Assembly: GCA_030145625.1 (NCBI GenBank)
Contig: JAQYVF010000007.1
Coordinates: 22,607-86,606 of the forward strand
Direction of reading: 5' to 3'
DNA: 64,000 nucleotides
Source of the DNA: Desulfocapsa sp.
Lineage (GTDB): Bacteria > Desulfobacterota > Desulfobulbia > Desulfobulbales > Desulfocapsaceae
The notes under the pieces are model-generated. The model saw only the letters and a program-made list of their open reading frames with translations, ran no database searches and was not told the origin of the DNA. This document shows, piece after piece, positions 52,604 to 61,735 of the stretch. The stretch's first letter is position 1. Each line of letters begins with the position of its first letter. A program made the position numbers and the translations under genes.

Positions 52604-52768
52604 AGTATTTGGAAAGATCTCTCTTGATTCCCTTCAAGGGTAATTTTTACCCGAATTCTGGTTGGTTGTAGAAAAAAGATACACTTGTGTGGATTATGCA
52701 TATAGCAGCTGCTTGATTTAGAATTATAAAATTTCATTATATGCATCTGTTGCATATTCTATGTTTTG

Positions 52769-52783
52769 TGGCATGCTCTTTGC
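52769..52783 (+). promoter_or_regulatory. Sigma54 (-24/-12) promoter
   Basis: TGGCATG-CTCT-TTGC about 60 bp upstream of the Spy/ZraP-like gene. Confidence 0.8.
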
Positions 52784-52844
52784 TAGATTTTAATGTAAGA
52801 GACTGATAGAAGCGATTTATTTCCAAAAAACAACAAGGAGACTT

Positions 52845-53303
52845 GTGATGAGAAAAGTATTTGCAGGAGTGGCTTTGGTCTTAATTATAGGATTCACCGG
52901 ATTTTATCAAGCATCTGCCAATTGGGGGCAGGGGAGGATGATGGGTGGGTGTTCAACAGATTGTCCTCAGAATAGAGGCTTGAGTAGTGCTCCTATGGAT
53001 GCCGAAACCACTGCGAAGTTTGAAAAGTTTTTCGACGAAACTCTTGATCTACGTAAACAGATTGTTGTTAAGCGTGCAGAAAAACAAGCATTGATGCGTG
53101 CGGAAGAACCGGATTCTGCTACTGTCGGAAAGGTAACCGGGGAATTGTTTGATCTCCGCAATATTATGCGATCAAAGGCTAAGGCAGCAGGGCTGCAGGG
53201 CGTTGGTGGAATGGGTTGTCGCAGTGGTAATTGTGATGGATCTGGTTCTTCCAATTGCGGCAGAGGCATGAGGGGTGGACAAGGTATGATGAAAATGCAG
53301 TAA
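52845..53303 (+). CDS. Periplasmic Spy/CpxP/ZraP-family protein
   Basis: Signal peptide; helical core ETLDLRKQIVVKRAEKQALM..PD...ELFDLR; Gly/Met/Cys-rich termini. Confidence 0.82.
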   Translation: MMRKVFAGVALVLIIGFTGFYQASANWGQGRMMGGCSTDCPQNRGLSSAPMDAETTAKFEKFFDETLDLRKQIVVKRAEKQALMRAEEPDSATVGKVTGELFDLRNIMRSKAKAAGLQGVGGMGCRSGNCDGSGSSNCGRGMRGGQGMMKMQ

Positions 53304-53342
53304 TTTTTTTTCTTTTTTCAAGGTGGCCTTCACTTCCTTTTG

Positions 53343-53375
53343 AAACCCGACAGGCTTTTCCTGGCGGGTTTTTTT
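53343..53375 (+). terminator. Intrinsic terminator
   Basis: AAACCCGACAGG-CTTTT-CCTGGCGGGTTTTTTT. Confidence 0.8.
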
Positions 53376-53656
53376 GTAGCTGGTTCTCTGCTCGATCTTT
53401 TTGTTGACCTGAGATCTGATAGCCGGTGTTGATTGTAAAGGGTAACTGTCTGACATTATGGTGAGATAAATTTTAGGTGACAAGTGTGGAATTATGAGTG
53501 GCAAGTGGTTTTGCTGGTAAAAATGACCATCTTTTTGATAGGATAAGCAGAGTTGAATTTAGTCCTCATGCTTGAGGGTATCTTGCAAGAAGTATGATCA
53601 AGCCGGTGACAATCTAGCAGACTGAAAATTTTAACCTGAGGTTAGGGTAAGTTACT

Positions 53657-54496
53657 ATGAGTATACGTAAAATCACATCATTGACAATGTTGATAACCTT
53701 TGTTTTAGAGGTGATTACTTCTGTTGTCCTTTATATTGTTCCACATGGCCGGGTGGCTTACTGGGCTGATTGGCATCTGTTTGGTTTGAGTAAAACCGAG
53801 TGGGCCAATCAACATATCAATCTTGGCGTACTTTTTTTCCTCGCTGCTTTTGTTCACGTTTTCTTCAATTGGAGACCGATAGTTGCATATCTAAAAAACA
53901 GGGCCAAAGAGGTGAGAATTGTCACTGTATCCTTTAATGTTGCCTTGTTGTTCTCACTGGTGGTAGCTGTTGGAACCTATTTTGAGGTACCACCCATGAG
54001 TACTGTTATTCATTTCAGTAACTCGATCAAGGATAATGCTTCAAAGGTATACGGGGAACCCCCTTATGGTCATGCAGAACTTTCTTCTCTGAAGCTTTTC
54101 ACAAAGAAACTGGGTCTTGATCTTGAACAAAGTATTACGCTTCTTGAGCATGCAGGGATTGTTGTGGAGGACAGCTCCATGACTTTGAAAGATATTTCTT
54201 CTGCCAATAATCTGCCTCCACAAAAGATTTATTCTTTAATTGAGGCTGCAAAAGTGGAAGAGACATTAGGGGGGGGAGTGGTTTTTCCCGACTCGCCCAT
54301 GCCGGGTTTTGGTAATAAGACTATGGCGGAGATCTGTGCCGAATTTAATCTTCATTTTCCTATGATCAAACAGGGATTTGCTGAAAAAGGTGTTCAGATA
54401 AAAGCTGAGCAGACTATTAAGGAAATAGCTGCTGCACACGATACTGAAGGTATAGCAATTTTTAATCTTTTGCATGGAATTGTTACAGGGGATTAG
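53657..54496 (+). CDS. DUF4405-domain membrane protein
   Basis: TSVVLYIVPHGRVAYW..W..QHINLG..HVFFNW; periplasmic part with PPYGHAELSSL. Confidence 0.82.
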   Translation: MSIRKITSLTMLITFVLEVITSVVLYIVPHGRVAYWADWHLFGLSKTEWANQHINLGVLFFLAAFVHVFFNWRPIVAYLKNRAKEVRIVTVSFNVALLFSLVVAVGTYFEVPPMSTVIHFSNSIKDNASKVYGEPPYGHAELSSLKLFTKKLGLDLEQSITLLEHAGIVVEDSSMTLKDISSANNLPPQKIYSLIEAAKVEETLGGGVVFPDSPMPGFGNKTMAEICAEFNLHFPMIKQGFAEKGVQIKAEQTIKEIAAAHDTEGIAIFNLLHGIVTGD

Positions 54497-54505
54497 ATTG
54501 TTTTC

Positions 54506-55042
54506 ATGATGAATATACAGAAAATTTCTTTTATTTTGATACTGCTGCTCGGTGTATTTCCAGCCAGAGGTTATGCTGAATTTCTCTATGGGCAAGTGGT
54601 TGAGGTCAATAGAGATGCGCAAGAGTTTGTACTCGTCTCTCTTTCGCCAGATAAAGAAGATACAGATTTGTCAGGAAATACTGCTCGAATCAGGGTGAAG
54701 GCTATGGGTGCAATGTTGCCCCAATCCGAGGAAGGAGATTCTTTTTTACCCGGATGTGTACAGGTAGGCAAAAGAGTGAGGGTTTGGGGGGAAACACCTG
54801 CTTCAGGAGCATCTTTTCTGGCAACAGATGTTCGTGGTTGTGGAGGGATGGGGTGTAGTGATCCCACAGGCGTCCGATCTCGACTCCAAAAAGACAAAAA
54901 ACGTAACTATTGGAATCAAGGCACAGACAGCAGTGATGTTGATGGAGGTGGCAGTACGGGTAGAGGGAATGGGCGTGGCAACGGAGGTGGCGGTGGCGGT
55001 AGCGGTAACGGTGGTGGTGGTGGTGGAGGGCGTGGCCGATGA
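54506..55042 (+). CDS. Secreted hypothetical protein (OB-fold-like) with Gly-rich tail
   Basis: Signal peptide; GQVVEVN..VGKRVRVWG; DPTGVRSRL; poly-Gly C-terminus; ATGA overlap with the kinase. Confidence 0.75.
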   Translation: MMNIQKISFILILLLGVFPARGYAEFLYGQVVEVNRDAQEFVLVSLSPDKEDTDLSGNTARIRVKAMGAMLPQSEEGDSFLPGCVQVGKRVRVWGETPASGASFLATDVRGCGGMGCSDPTGVRSRLQKDKKRNYWNQGTDSSDVDGGGSTGRGNGRGNGGGGGGSGNGGGGGGGRGR

Positions 55043-56595
55043 GCTCACTCCCAAGCTGGAAGAGTAATTTAATCGTTTTTATTTTATTAACATTGCTGGT
55101 TGTTTCATATTTTTTTTATGAGCAACAGAGTATCACAAAAAGTTATCAGCACCATTCTCGTGTACATTCTGAGATCCTTGCAGCTGTTGTGGAACTCAAT
55201 ATTCGCAATGCCTATCTGACTCGTGATACCATAGAAACACTTTTAACGGGTAGTTTGGCAAACAGTGGTCGTTTTGTTGCCTACCTTAATGATATCGATC
55301 CGTTTTCAGCAGGCGAACTCGCCGCCTTTGCAAGAGAAGCTGGACTTGCCGGCATAGGTATTCATGATTTGAAAAACGATCTGCTGGTGAGTGGACCGCA
55401 GGGTTGGCTTCCGGCAGCAGGACAGATTGGTCATTCGGCCAATGAAGGACTCAAGTATCTGCCGGAGCAAGAGCTCTATCTTTACACTCTGTGCACTTCT
55501 TCATCCTGCATACTTGTGGGGCTGGATACAGGTGAAATTGAAAAGATGCTAGATGATGTCAGTGTTGAACGACTTCTCGGCCTGTTAAGTAATCTGGCTG
55601 GAATTGCCTATGTAAATATTGTAACGGCAGAAGGCTCTCACCCATCTGTTGCAGAATATTCCAGTTTCTCTTCTAGCTCATCTGGAGGTGTGGTTGTAGA
55701 GACCATCCTCAATTTCCAAGAGAAGGATATTGTAGTTGGCCTGTATGCAGATCTTTTTTTTGAACGAATGACACAGCTTCGGAGAAGATTTGGTGTCTTT
55801 TTTTCTCTACTTTTTCTTGCTGGCATTCTCTCTTCCTGGTGGCTTTATCGTGTACAGCGGCAGCGGCTTGAAGATGCAAGAGATTTTGAAAGAAGGATGG
55901 CGCGTCAGCATGAGGCTGCAGCCTTAGGAAGAACCACGGTTACAATAACCCATGAAATGCGGAACCCTCTTAATGCCATAGGAATAGGGCTGCAACGTCT
56001 TGAACTTGAGGCCGCTGAACTCAGTTCAGAACACCGGGGCCTGGTGACAGGGATGAGAGAAGCGGTCAGTCGTACTAATGGAATTATTTCCCGTTTGCGT
56101 CAATATGTGCATTCCTTTGAGTTGGCTTATCAGGAAATTTGTCTGGTAGACCTCCTTGGCTCCCTGGTTAATCTCTACGCTCAGCAGTGTAAGACACAGG
56201 GGATTGAGGTGCAGATTAGAGGAGAAAAAAATTGTGTTGTTCAGGGAGATAAAAATTTATTGGGAGAGGTTTTTGAAAATCTCGTAAAAAATGGAATAGA
56301 GGCCCAGCCTGATGGCGGCTATTTGGACATTGATGTAACAATGAAGGAGCAGGAGTGTGTTGTTTTGCTGCGAAACGGTGGTCAGCTTCCCGATACAAAG
56401 AAACAGGTATTACTTCTGGAACCTTTTTTCACCACCAAGGCCAAGGGAACCGGTCTCGGCCTTGCTATCAGTAAGAAGATTGTGGACGCCCATGGCGGAA
56501 GATTAGAGTTACAGGTAGATAGAGATGAGCAGGTTTTTCGAGTGGTGGTTACGTTGTTGAGGCGACCAAGTCACATGAAGTCTTTGAAAACTTGA
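55039..56595 (+). CDS. Sensor histidine kinase
   Basis: Two TMs; ITHEMRNPLNAI (H box), NLVKNGIEA, EPFFTTKAKGTGLGLAI. Confidence 0.95.
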   Translation: MSSLPSWKSNLIVFILLTLLVVSYFFYEQQSITKSYQHHSRVHSEILAAVVELNIRNAYLTRDTIETLLTGSLANSGRFVAYLNDIDPFSAGELAAFAREAGLAGIGIHDLKNDLLVSGPQGWLPAAGQIGHSANEGLKYLPEQELYLYTLCTSSSCILVGLDTGEIEKMLDDVSVERLLGLLSNLAGIAYVNIVTAEGSHPSVAEYSSFSSSSSGGVVVETILNFQEKDIVVGLYADLFFERMTQLRRRFGVFFSLLFLAGILSSWWLYRVQRQRLEDARDFERRMARQHEAAALGRTTVTITHEMRNPLNAIGIGLQRLELEAAELSSEHRGLVTGMREAVSRTNGIISRLRQYVHSFELAYQEICLVDLLGSLVNLYAQQCKTQGIEVQIRGEKNCVVQGDKNLLGEVFENLVKNGIEAQPDGGYLDIDVTMKEQECVVLLRNGGQLPDTKKQVLLLEPFFTTKAKGTGLGLAISKKIVDAHGGRLELQVDRDEQVFRVVVTLLRRPSHMKSLKT

Positions 56596-56607
56596 AGGAC
56601 TAGGAGC

Positions 56608-57945
56608 GTGATGAAGATACTGATTGTTGATGATGAAGAAATGCAACGGGATATGCTGGGGGGATTTCTTAAGAACAAGGGTTATGATGTTCTAACCGCA
56701 GCAGGGGGAAGAGAGGCGTTGCAGATTTTTTCCAGGGAACCTGTCCAACTGGTCCTGGTCGATCATCGCATGGATGGAATGAACGGTGATGAGCTGCTGG
56801 AAAAAATGAAAGAGATTTCTCCTCTGCTGCGGGCCATCATGATCACAGCTTTTGGTTCGGTTACCACTGCCGTTCGTGTTATGCAGCTCGGTGCAGATGA
56901 TTTCCTGGAGAAGCCGGTGGATCTTTCTGTCTTGTTACAGAAGATTGAACAGATAGAACAGAACCTGGCTGTGAATGAGGAGGCGGAGGAGGTTGCAGAA
57001 TCTCTAGAAATAGCAAAGGTCCCCTTTGATATAATTGGTTCGAGTAAGGCCATGCATGAGGTGCTTTCCCTTGGACATCGTATTGCGCCAACTGACTGGA
57101 CTGCTCTTATCCGTGGAGAAACAGGTACCGGTAAGGAATTGGTAGCCAAAATGATTCACCTTCTGAGTCCACGTAAACAGGGGCTTTTTGTGGAAGTAAA
57201 TTGCGCTGCTATTCCAGAGAACCTGTTTGAGTCTGAGCTCTTTGGTCATGAAAAAGGTGCTTTTACCGGAGCCTCAACCACAAGGCGCGGTCGTTTTGAA
57301 CAGGCTCGGGGAGGGACTATTTTTCTTGATGAGGTTGGGGAGCTTCCTCTGCAGTTGCAGGCCAAGTTGCTCAGAACTTTACAGGAAAAGAAGATCAGCA
57401 GGGTTGGAAGTGAAAAAGAGATTTCTGTGGATATTCGTGTTTTGTCGGCAACAAATCGTGATCTGAAAAAGATGGTTGAAAAAGGAACATTTCGTGAAGA
57501 TCTCTATTTTCGATTGAATGTCCTGGAAATTATCGTCCCACCTCTGCGCGAGAGGCGTTCTGATATTCCTGAACTTGGGGAATTTTTTCTAAGTAAGCAC
57601 TGCGGTGCCCGCAAGGTGAGTATCTCCAGTGATGCCATGAATCAGCTGGTGAAATATGATTTCCCTGGAAATGTGAGGGAACTTGAACATTTATTGCAAC
57701 GTCTTATCACTTTGGTGCGTGGTAAGGTTATTCGCTTTGAAGATCTCCCTCCAGAAGTTCGTGATAAACAGGTGAGTGGAGGAAAACTCAGTCAGCGGCT
57801 TGCAGAGGTTGAAAAGAAGATGCTGGTCCATGCCCTGGAAGAACATGATTGGGTGCAGACCAGAGCTGCAGAGTCCCTGGGTATCAGTGAGAGAGTCTTG
57901 CGATATAAGATGGGGAAGGCTGGAATTGATCGTGGAAATGGTTAA
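56608..57945 (+). CDS. Sigma54-dependent response regulator (NtrC/ZraR family)
   Basis: Receiver domain, GETGTGKE, ESELFGHEKGAFTGA, PGNVREL and a C-terminal HTH. Confidence 0.97.
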   Translation: MMKILIVDDEEMQRDMLGGFLKNKGYDVLTAAGGREALQIFSREPVQLVLVDHRMDGMNGDELLEKMKEISPLLRAIMITAFGSVTTAVRVMQLGADDFLEKPVDLSVLLQKIEQIEQNLAVNEEAEEVAESLEIAKVPFDIIGSSKAMHEVLSLGHRIAPTDWTALIRGETGTGKELVAKMIHLLSPRKQGLFVEVNCAAIPENLFESELFGHEKGAFTGASTTRRGRFEQARGGTIFLDEVGELPLQLQAKLLRTLQEKKISRVGSEKEISVDIRVLSATNRDLKKMVEKGTFREDLYFRLNVLEIIVPPLRERRSDIPELGEFFLSKHCGARKVSISSDAMNQLVKYDFPGNVRELEHLLQRLITLVRGKVIRFEDLPPEVRDKQVSGGKLSQRLAEVEKKMLVHALEEHDWVQTRAAESLGISERVLRYKMGKAGIDRGNG

Positions 57946-58040
57946 AGGGTATTGTTTTGATGCTTTTGTGGATGGCCCCACGTGGAGTGTCGTGAAGCGT
58001 CATGCGGCACAATATGTTGTGTTTTGTTGATGGCATGTCC

Positions 58041-58069
58041 TTGACATAAATGTGTTGATCGTATAATGT
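58041..58069 (+). promoter_or_regulatory. Sigma70-type promoter upstream of the riboswitch
   Basis: TTGACA followed by TATAAT (15-bp spacer) or the overlapping TAATGT (17-bp spacer). Confidence 0.6.
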
Positions 58070-58075
58070 GAAATT

Positions 58076-58466
58076 GTGTTCAGGTGTCTGTAACAGGACT
58101 GAAAAGGGAACTTCGTGAGAATCGAAGACGGGCCCGCCGCTGTAACCGAGGACAAATCCTGCATCCATGCCACTGACAGCATTTTAATGCCTTGGAAATG
58201 AATTGTTAATTCTAGGGTACCTTGAAAAATTAGAATTTTAGTTCAAAATCGAGGCATGAGAGAAATTTTACCGTAGGCGCCCCGCAGGAAGTGCCCTTGG
58301 GGTGCATATATTTGATATTCCGAGGATAAAATTTTTCTCATAACGAAGAGTTTGGGCGAAAAGGCAATTTTGCAAGGTGACCTCTATTCTATCGAGGGCA
58401 AAAGAAATCCTGATCGGGAAGGCGCAGAGGGAGATTGATTCGGAAGTCAGAAGACCTGCCTGAAAA
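58076..58466 (+). ncRNA. Cobalamin riboswitch with a MITE inserted in its variable arm
   Basis: TTCAGGTG..AAAAGGGAA-CTTC-GTGAGAATC-GAAG-ACGGGCCCGCCGCTGTAA..GCCACTG [insert] GGGAAGG..AGTCAGAAGACCTGCCTGAA (B12 box); P1 TTCAGG/CCTGAA. Confidence 0.88.
58213..58384. mobile_element. MITE-like palindromic repeat, copy 2 (172 bp)
   Basis: Same ends as 24980-25124, plus an extra 27-bp hairpin at 58279-58305. Confidence 0.75.
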
Positions 58467-58529
58467 CTGAAGTGATTGTCGTCGAGGAATATCGACAATC
58501 AACTGATCTTGTGGATAGAAAAGGGAAAT

Positions 58530-58568
58530 CCCCGGGTCTGAATTTTTTTTCGGCTTGGGGTTTTTTTT
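58530..58568 (+). terminator. Terminator of the riboswitch expression platform
   Basis: CCCCGGGTCTGAA...TTCGGCTTGGGG followed by T8. Confidence 0.7.
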
Positions 58569-58645
58569 GCTCCGGGTCATTGCCGGACTGTTGGCTATTT
58601 ACATGCTGTGCAGACAACAGTCCCTTACCTGAGGAGGGTATAACA

Positions 58646-58738
58646 ATGGTTTTACGTGAACGGAGTTTGACTAAGATGGTTTTATGGCGTGTAACAGACT
58701 GGGATTCGTTTCAGCTAGTCATGCGTCACTTGTTGTAA
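58646..58738 (+). CDS. 30-aa peptide downstream of the cobalamin riboswitch
   Basis: GAGGAGGG SD 7 nt before ATG; MVLRERSLTKMVLWRVTDWDSFQLVMRHLL*; followed by a hairpin. Confidence 0.5.
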   Translation: MVLRERSLTKMVLWRVTDWDSFQLVMRHLL

Positions 58739-58744
58739 AATCAG

Positions 58745-58777
58745 GGCCAAGTCTGCATTTTAGGTGCAGACTTGGCC
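58745..58777. terminator. Hairpin between the peptide ORF and convergent feoB
   Basis: GGCCAAGTCTGCA-N7-TGCAGACTTGGCC perfect 13-bp stem. Confidence 0.75.
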
Positions 58778-58787
58778 TCCTGTATTT

Positions 58788-61007
58788 TTATCCCAGTAGA
58801 TTGCCTATCTGAAAAACAAGAAAGGCCGCGAGAAAGGCAAAAACAGTATTAAAGGCCATGGAGAAAAAGGCCCACTTCCAGGAACCTGCTTCTTTGGCAA
58901 TACAGACCACGGTGACAAAGCAGGGGGCGTAAAACATGATGAAAATCAATACGGCTACCGCCACGACACTATTCCAATGCGGGTCTCTGACCAGTCGTTC
59001 TCCAAGTGAATCAGATGCATCAACTTCCACTTCACCCATTGAGTAAGCAGTCCCTAGAGTGGAGATAATTACCTCTTTTGCTGCAAATCCTCCAAGTAGT
59101 GCGATATTTGTCCGCCAGTCGAATCCGGCAAGGCTTGAGACCGGCTCAAGAAAGGTTCCGATTTTACCGGCAATTGAGTATCGCAAACCGGCTCCGGATT
59201 CTTCCTGATCAATGATTGTCAGCTCTGCTTTCAGTTGTTTCCCTTTTTTCGACAGTTCCCCTGTTTCCTGATTATAAGCGAGAAGTTCTGATCTGATTGA
59301 TTCAGGATAGCTCTGGCTTATTGCAGTCCGTTTTGCTGAAAAATTATCCTGTTGGGATTCCGGAAGGCCGGGATAGGTCATTAGTGCCCAGAGAATAATG
59401 GAGATTCCAAGAATGACGGTTCCCGCCTTCTTGATATATTGCCAGGTACGCTCCCAGGTATGGATGACCAGTCCTCTCAGTGTGGGGAAACGGTAGGGCG
59501 GCAGTTCCATGACAAAGGGTGTTGCTTCTCCCTTGAGTACCGTCATACGCAGGAACTTTGCAACCACAAGGGCAACAAACCAGGCCAACATGGTAAAAAG
59601 GAACATGTAGAGGGCCTGATGATCGGTAAAAAATGCACCGATAAGCAGAACCAGAACAGGAACCTTTGCCCCACAGTTCATAAAGGGAACCGTGAGCAGT
59701 GTGGCCATGCGTTCTTTGGGGGAACGAAGGGTCCTTGTTGCCATGACTCCGGGAACTGCACAACCGCCGGCTATTCCACCGGATACAATAAAAGGCATTA
59801 CCGAGGAACCGTGCAGGCCGAAAATACGAAAAATGCGGTCCATCATAAACGCTACGCGAGCCAGATAACCGGAATCTTCAAGGATAGCAATGCCAAAAAA
59901 CATAAACATAATAAGGGGAACAAAACCGAGAACACCACCAACGCCATCAATAACACCTGAGATGAGCATGGATTTAAGCGGACCGTCGGGAAGAGTCGTA
60001 TCAGCTATTCCACCCATCCAACCGAAAAGAGATTCCATCCAGGAAACCGGCAGTTCACTCCAGGAAAAGGTGAACTGGTAAAGGCCAAAGAGGATGAGCA
60101 GCATGATAACCGGACCAATGAGGCGATTGGTGAGAACTTTGTCAATTTTATCTGAAGTGTAGAGACGATCAATATCAAATTTATGGGTAAGGACTCCCTG
60201 GCGGATAATGGATTTTATAAAGCCATAACGATGGTCGGCAATCATCGATTCCGGATACACCTCCATGGTCTTGAGCAGGTGGTCTGAAATAGCCCCCACC
60301 ATCTGTTCGAGTTTTTGGGCGATGACTGGATCAGCTTTCTGTCCAAGGGTCAGAATCTGATCATCATGCTCAAGGTATTTAATGCCTGTGTAATGGGGAG
60401 GATAGGTACTGCTGAGAAATGAAGAATCAGAAATGATGGAGACGATCTTCATGAGGACCTCATCAAGATCGTCTCCGTAGGAAATATCCTTTGGATTCCA
60501 TATCTTTTCAGATTGAGCCACTTCAATGGCCTGCTTGATTAACTCTTCTGTCCCTTGACCCGACCTGGCAATGATGGGCACAACCTGAACACCGAGGAGT
60601 TCTGCCAATTTCTCACAGCGAACCGTTATCCCACGATCTTTTGCCACATCAATCATGTTCAGGGCAATAATCAGAGGAACTCCCATTTCGAGAAACTGGG
60701 TTGTGAGATACAGGTTTCTTTCTAAATTAGAGGCATCAACAATGTTTATGACAACGTCGGGCCGGTTGTTGGTGAGAAAATCTCTACTTACTATTTCCTC
60801 TACTGAATAGGCAGTCAGCGAATAGGTACCGGGGAGGTCGGTAATAGTAACTTTTTGGTCTTTATAAGTGAAATGTCCTCTTTTGTGATCTACCGTAATT
60901 CCAGGGTAATTTCCTACATGCTGTCTGGATCCGGTAAGTTCGTTGAAGAGGGTGGTCTTGCCGGCGTTAGGATTGCCGGCCAGTGCCATGGTAATGGGTT
61001 TTTTCAT
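58788..61007 (-). CDS. feoB: Ferrous iron transport protein B
   Basis: GNPNAGKT, VGNYPGITV, DLPGTYSL, LEDSGYLAR, CAVPG, FVMELPPY, AKEV and YAPC motifs. Confidence 0.98.
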   Translation of the reverse strand: MKKPITMALAGNPNAGKTTLFNELTGSRQHVGNYPGITVDHKRGHFTYKDQKVTITDLPGTYSLTAYSVEEIVSRDFLTNNRPDVVINIVDASNLERNLYLTTQFLEMGVPLIIALNMIDVAKDRGITVRCEKLAELLGVQVVPIIARSGQGTEELIKQAIEVAQSEKIWNPKDISYGDDLDEVLMKIVSIISDSSFLSSTYPPHYTGIKYLEHDDQILTLGQKADPVIAQKLEQMVGAISDHLLKTMEVYPESMIADHRYGFIKSIIRQGVLTHKFDIDRLYTSDKIDKVLTNRLIGPVIMLLILFGLYQFTFSWSELPVSWMESLFGWMGGIADTTLPDGPLKSMLISGVIDGVGGVLGFVPLIMFMFFGIAILEDSGYLARVAFMMDRIFRIFGLHGSSVMPFIVSGGIAGGCAVPGVMATRTLRSPKERMATLLTVPFMNCGAKVPVLVLLIGAFFTDHQALYMFLFTMLAWFVALVVAKFLRMTVLKGEATPFVMELPPYRFPTLRGLVIHTWERTWQYIKKAGTVILGISIILWALMTYPGLPESQQDNFSAKRTAISQSYPESIRSELLAYNQETGELSKKGKQLKAELTIIDQEESGAGLRYSIAGKIGTFLEPVSSLAGFDWRTNIALLGGFAAKEVIISTLGTAYSMGEVEVDASDSLGERLVRDPHWNSVVAVAVLIFIMFYAPCFVTVVCIAKEAGSWKWAFFSMAFNTVFAFLAAFLVFQIGNLLG

Positions 61008-61062
61008 CGGTATCTAAGGTCGTGAAAGAGGGGATTGAGAGAATGGGTTAAAAACTGCAGAG

Positions 61063-61103
61063 AATTATATTGTCTGTATTTTGATACAAATTATATTGTC
61101 TGT
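61063..61103. repeat. 15-bp direct repeat upstream of feoB
   Basis: AATTATATTGTCTGT at 61063 and 61089 (period 26). Confidence 0.6.
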
Positions 61104-61123
61104 TTTTAAGTGAGGGGCTGATG

Positions 61124-61318
61124 TTATTTCTCCTTTTTACTCAGGTCGTGCTCGATGGACCGGCTATCACATGATGCTTCTCCGCAACCGGAACAGCTGC
61201 ATCCACAAGAAATCTGCTGCGCTGGATCTGTTGCCTGGCGAAATTGCCGGTAGAACCTTTTTCCAATAAAAAAGAGAGCAATGCTTATAATAAGTATAAC
61301 AATTCCAATCTGCCACAT
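61124..61318 (-). CDS. FeoB-associated Cys-rich membrane protein
   Basis: N-terminal TM followed by CGCSCSGC; adjacent to feoB. Confidence 0.85.
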   Translation of the reverse strand: MWQIGIVILIISIALFFIGKRFYRQFRQATDPAQQISCGCSCSGCGEASCDSRSIEHDLSKKEK

Positions 61319-61332
61319 AAATTTTCCTATTG

Positions 61333-61346
61333 TTAGGGTGTCCTAA
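61333..61346. promoter_or_regulatory. DtxR/MntR-type operator
   Basis: TTAGG-GTGT-CCTAA just upstream of the Cys-rich gene's RBS. Confidence 0.6.
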
Positions 61347-61399
61347 GATGGGGGCCCCAAAAAAAAGACAGCTTACATCTTAAACGCTGTCTTCGGATT

Positions 61400-61711
61400 T
61401 TATACTGATTGTACGATAATATTGCTGCTTGTTGTATGGTCCAGGCTTAATGTGCCACCCTGGATTTTCAATAGGCATTGCGAACCCTTCTTTGGACAGA
61501 TTATTTCTGCCTCTTCACCAGCCAGTACACCAAGAGAGGCCATTCTGGCACAGAGCTTTCTGTCACCGGTGATCTTGCAGATCTTCACCTTCCCTGCGTG
61601 ACAGGTTTCTGAGAGAGGGCCATGCTGTCCAACGCAATGTTGGGAGACGGTACACTGTTGTACTTTTTTGGCTAAGCAACGACATTTTTTATTCAAGTCC
61701 TTCAGGGTCAT
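61400..61711 (-). CDS. feoA: FeoA-family protein with Cys/His-rich N-terminal extension
   Basis: AAGGAG SD; KICKITGDRKLCARMASLGVLAG..LLKIQGGTLSL. Confidence 0.85.
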   Translation of the reverse strand: MTLKDLNKKCRCLAKKVQQCTVSQHCVGQHGPLSETCHAGKVKICKITGDRKLCARMASLGVLAGEEAEIICPKKGSQCLLKIQGGTLSLDHTTSSNIIVQSV

Positions 61712-61735
61712 ATCACTCTCCTTAGTAAACAATGT

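Noticed and set aside
52420..52755. Minus-strand ORF containing WIPAYTGMA
   Set aside because: The motif is the translation of the REP-like palindrome; a typical spurious ORF.
53499..53514. Possible sigma54 promoter TGGCAAG...TTGC upstream of the DUF4405 gene
   Set aside because: The GG-to-GC spacing is one base too long, and sigma54 spacing is strict.
58268..58580. Minus-strand ORFs such as FQAGLLTSES...AFP
   Set aside because: Antisense translation of the cobalamin riboswitch B12 box and the MITE.
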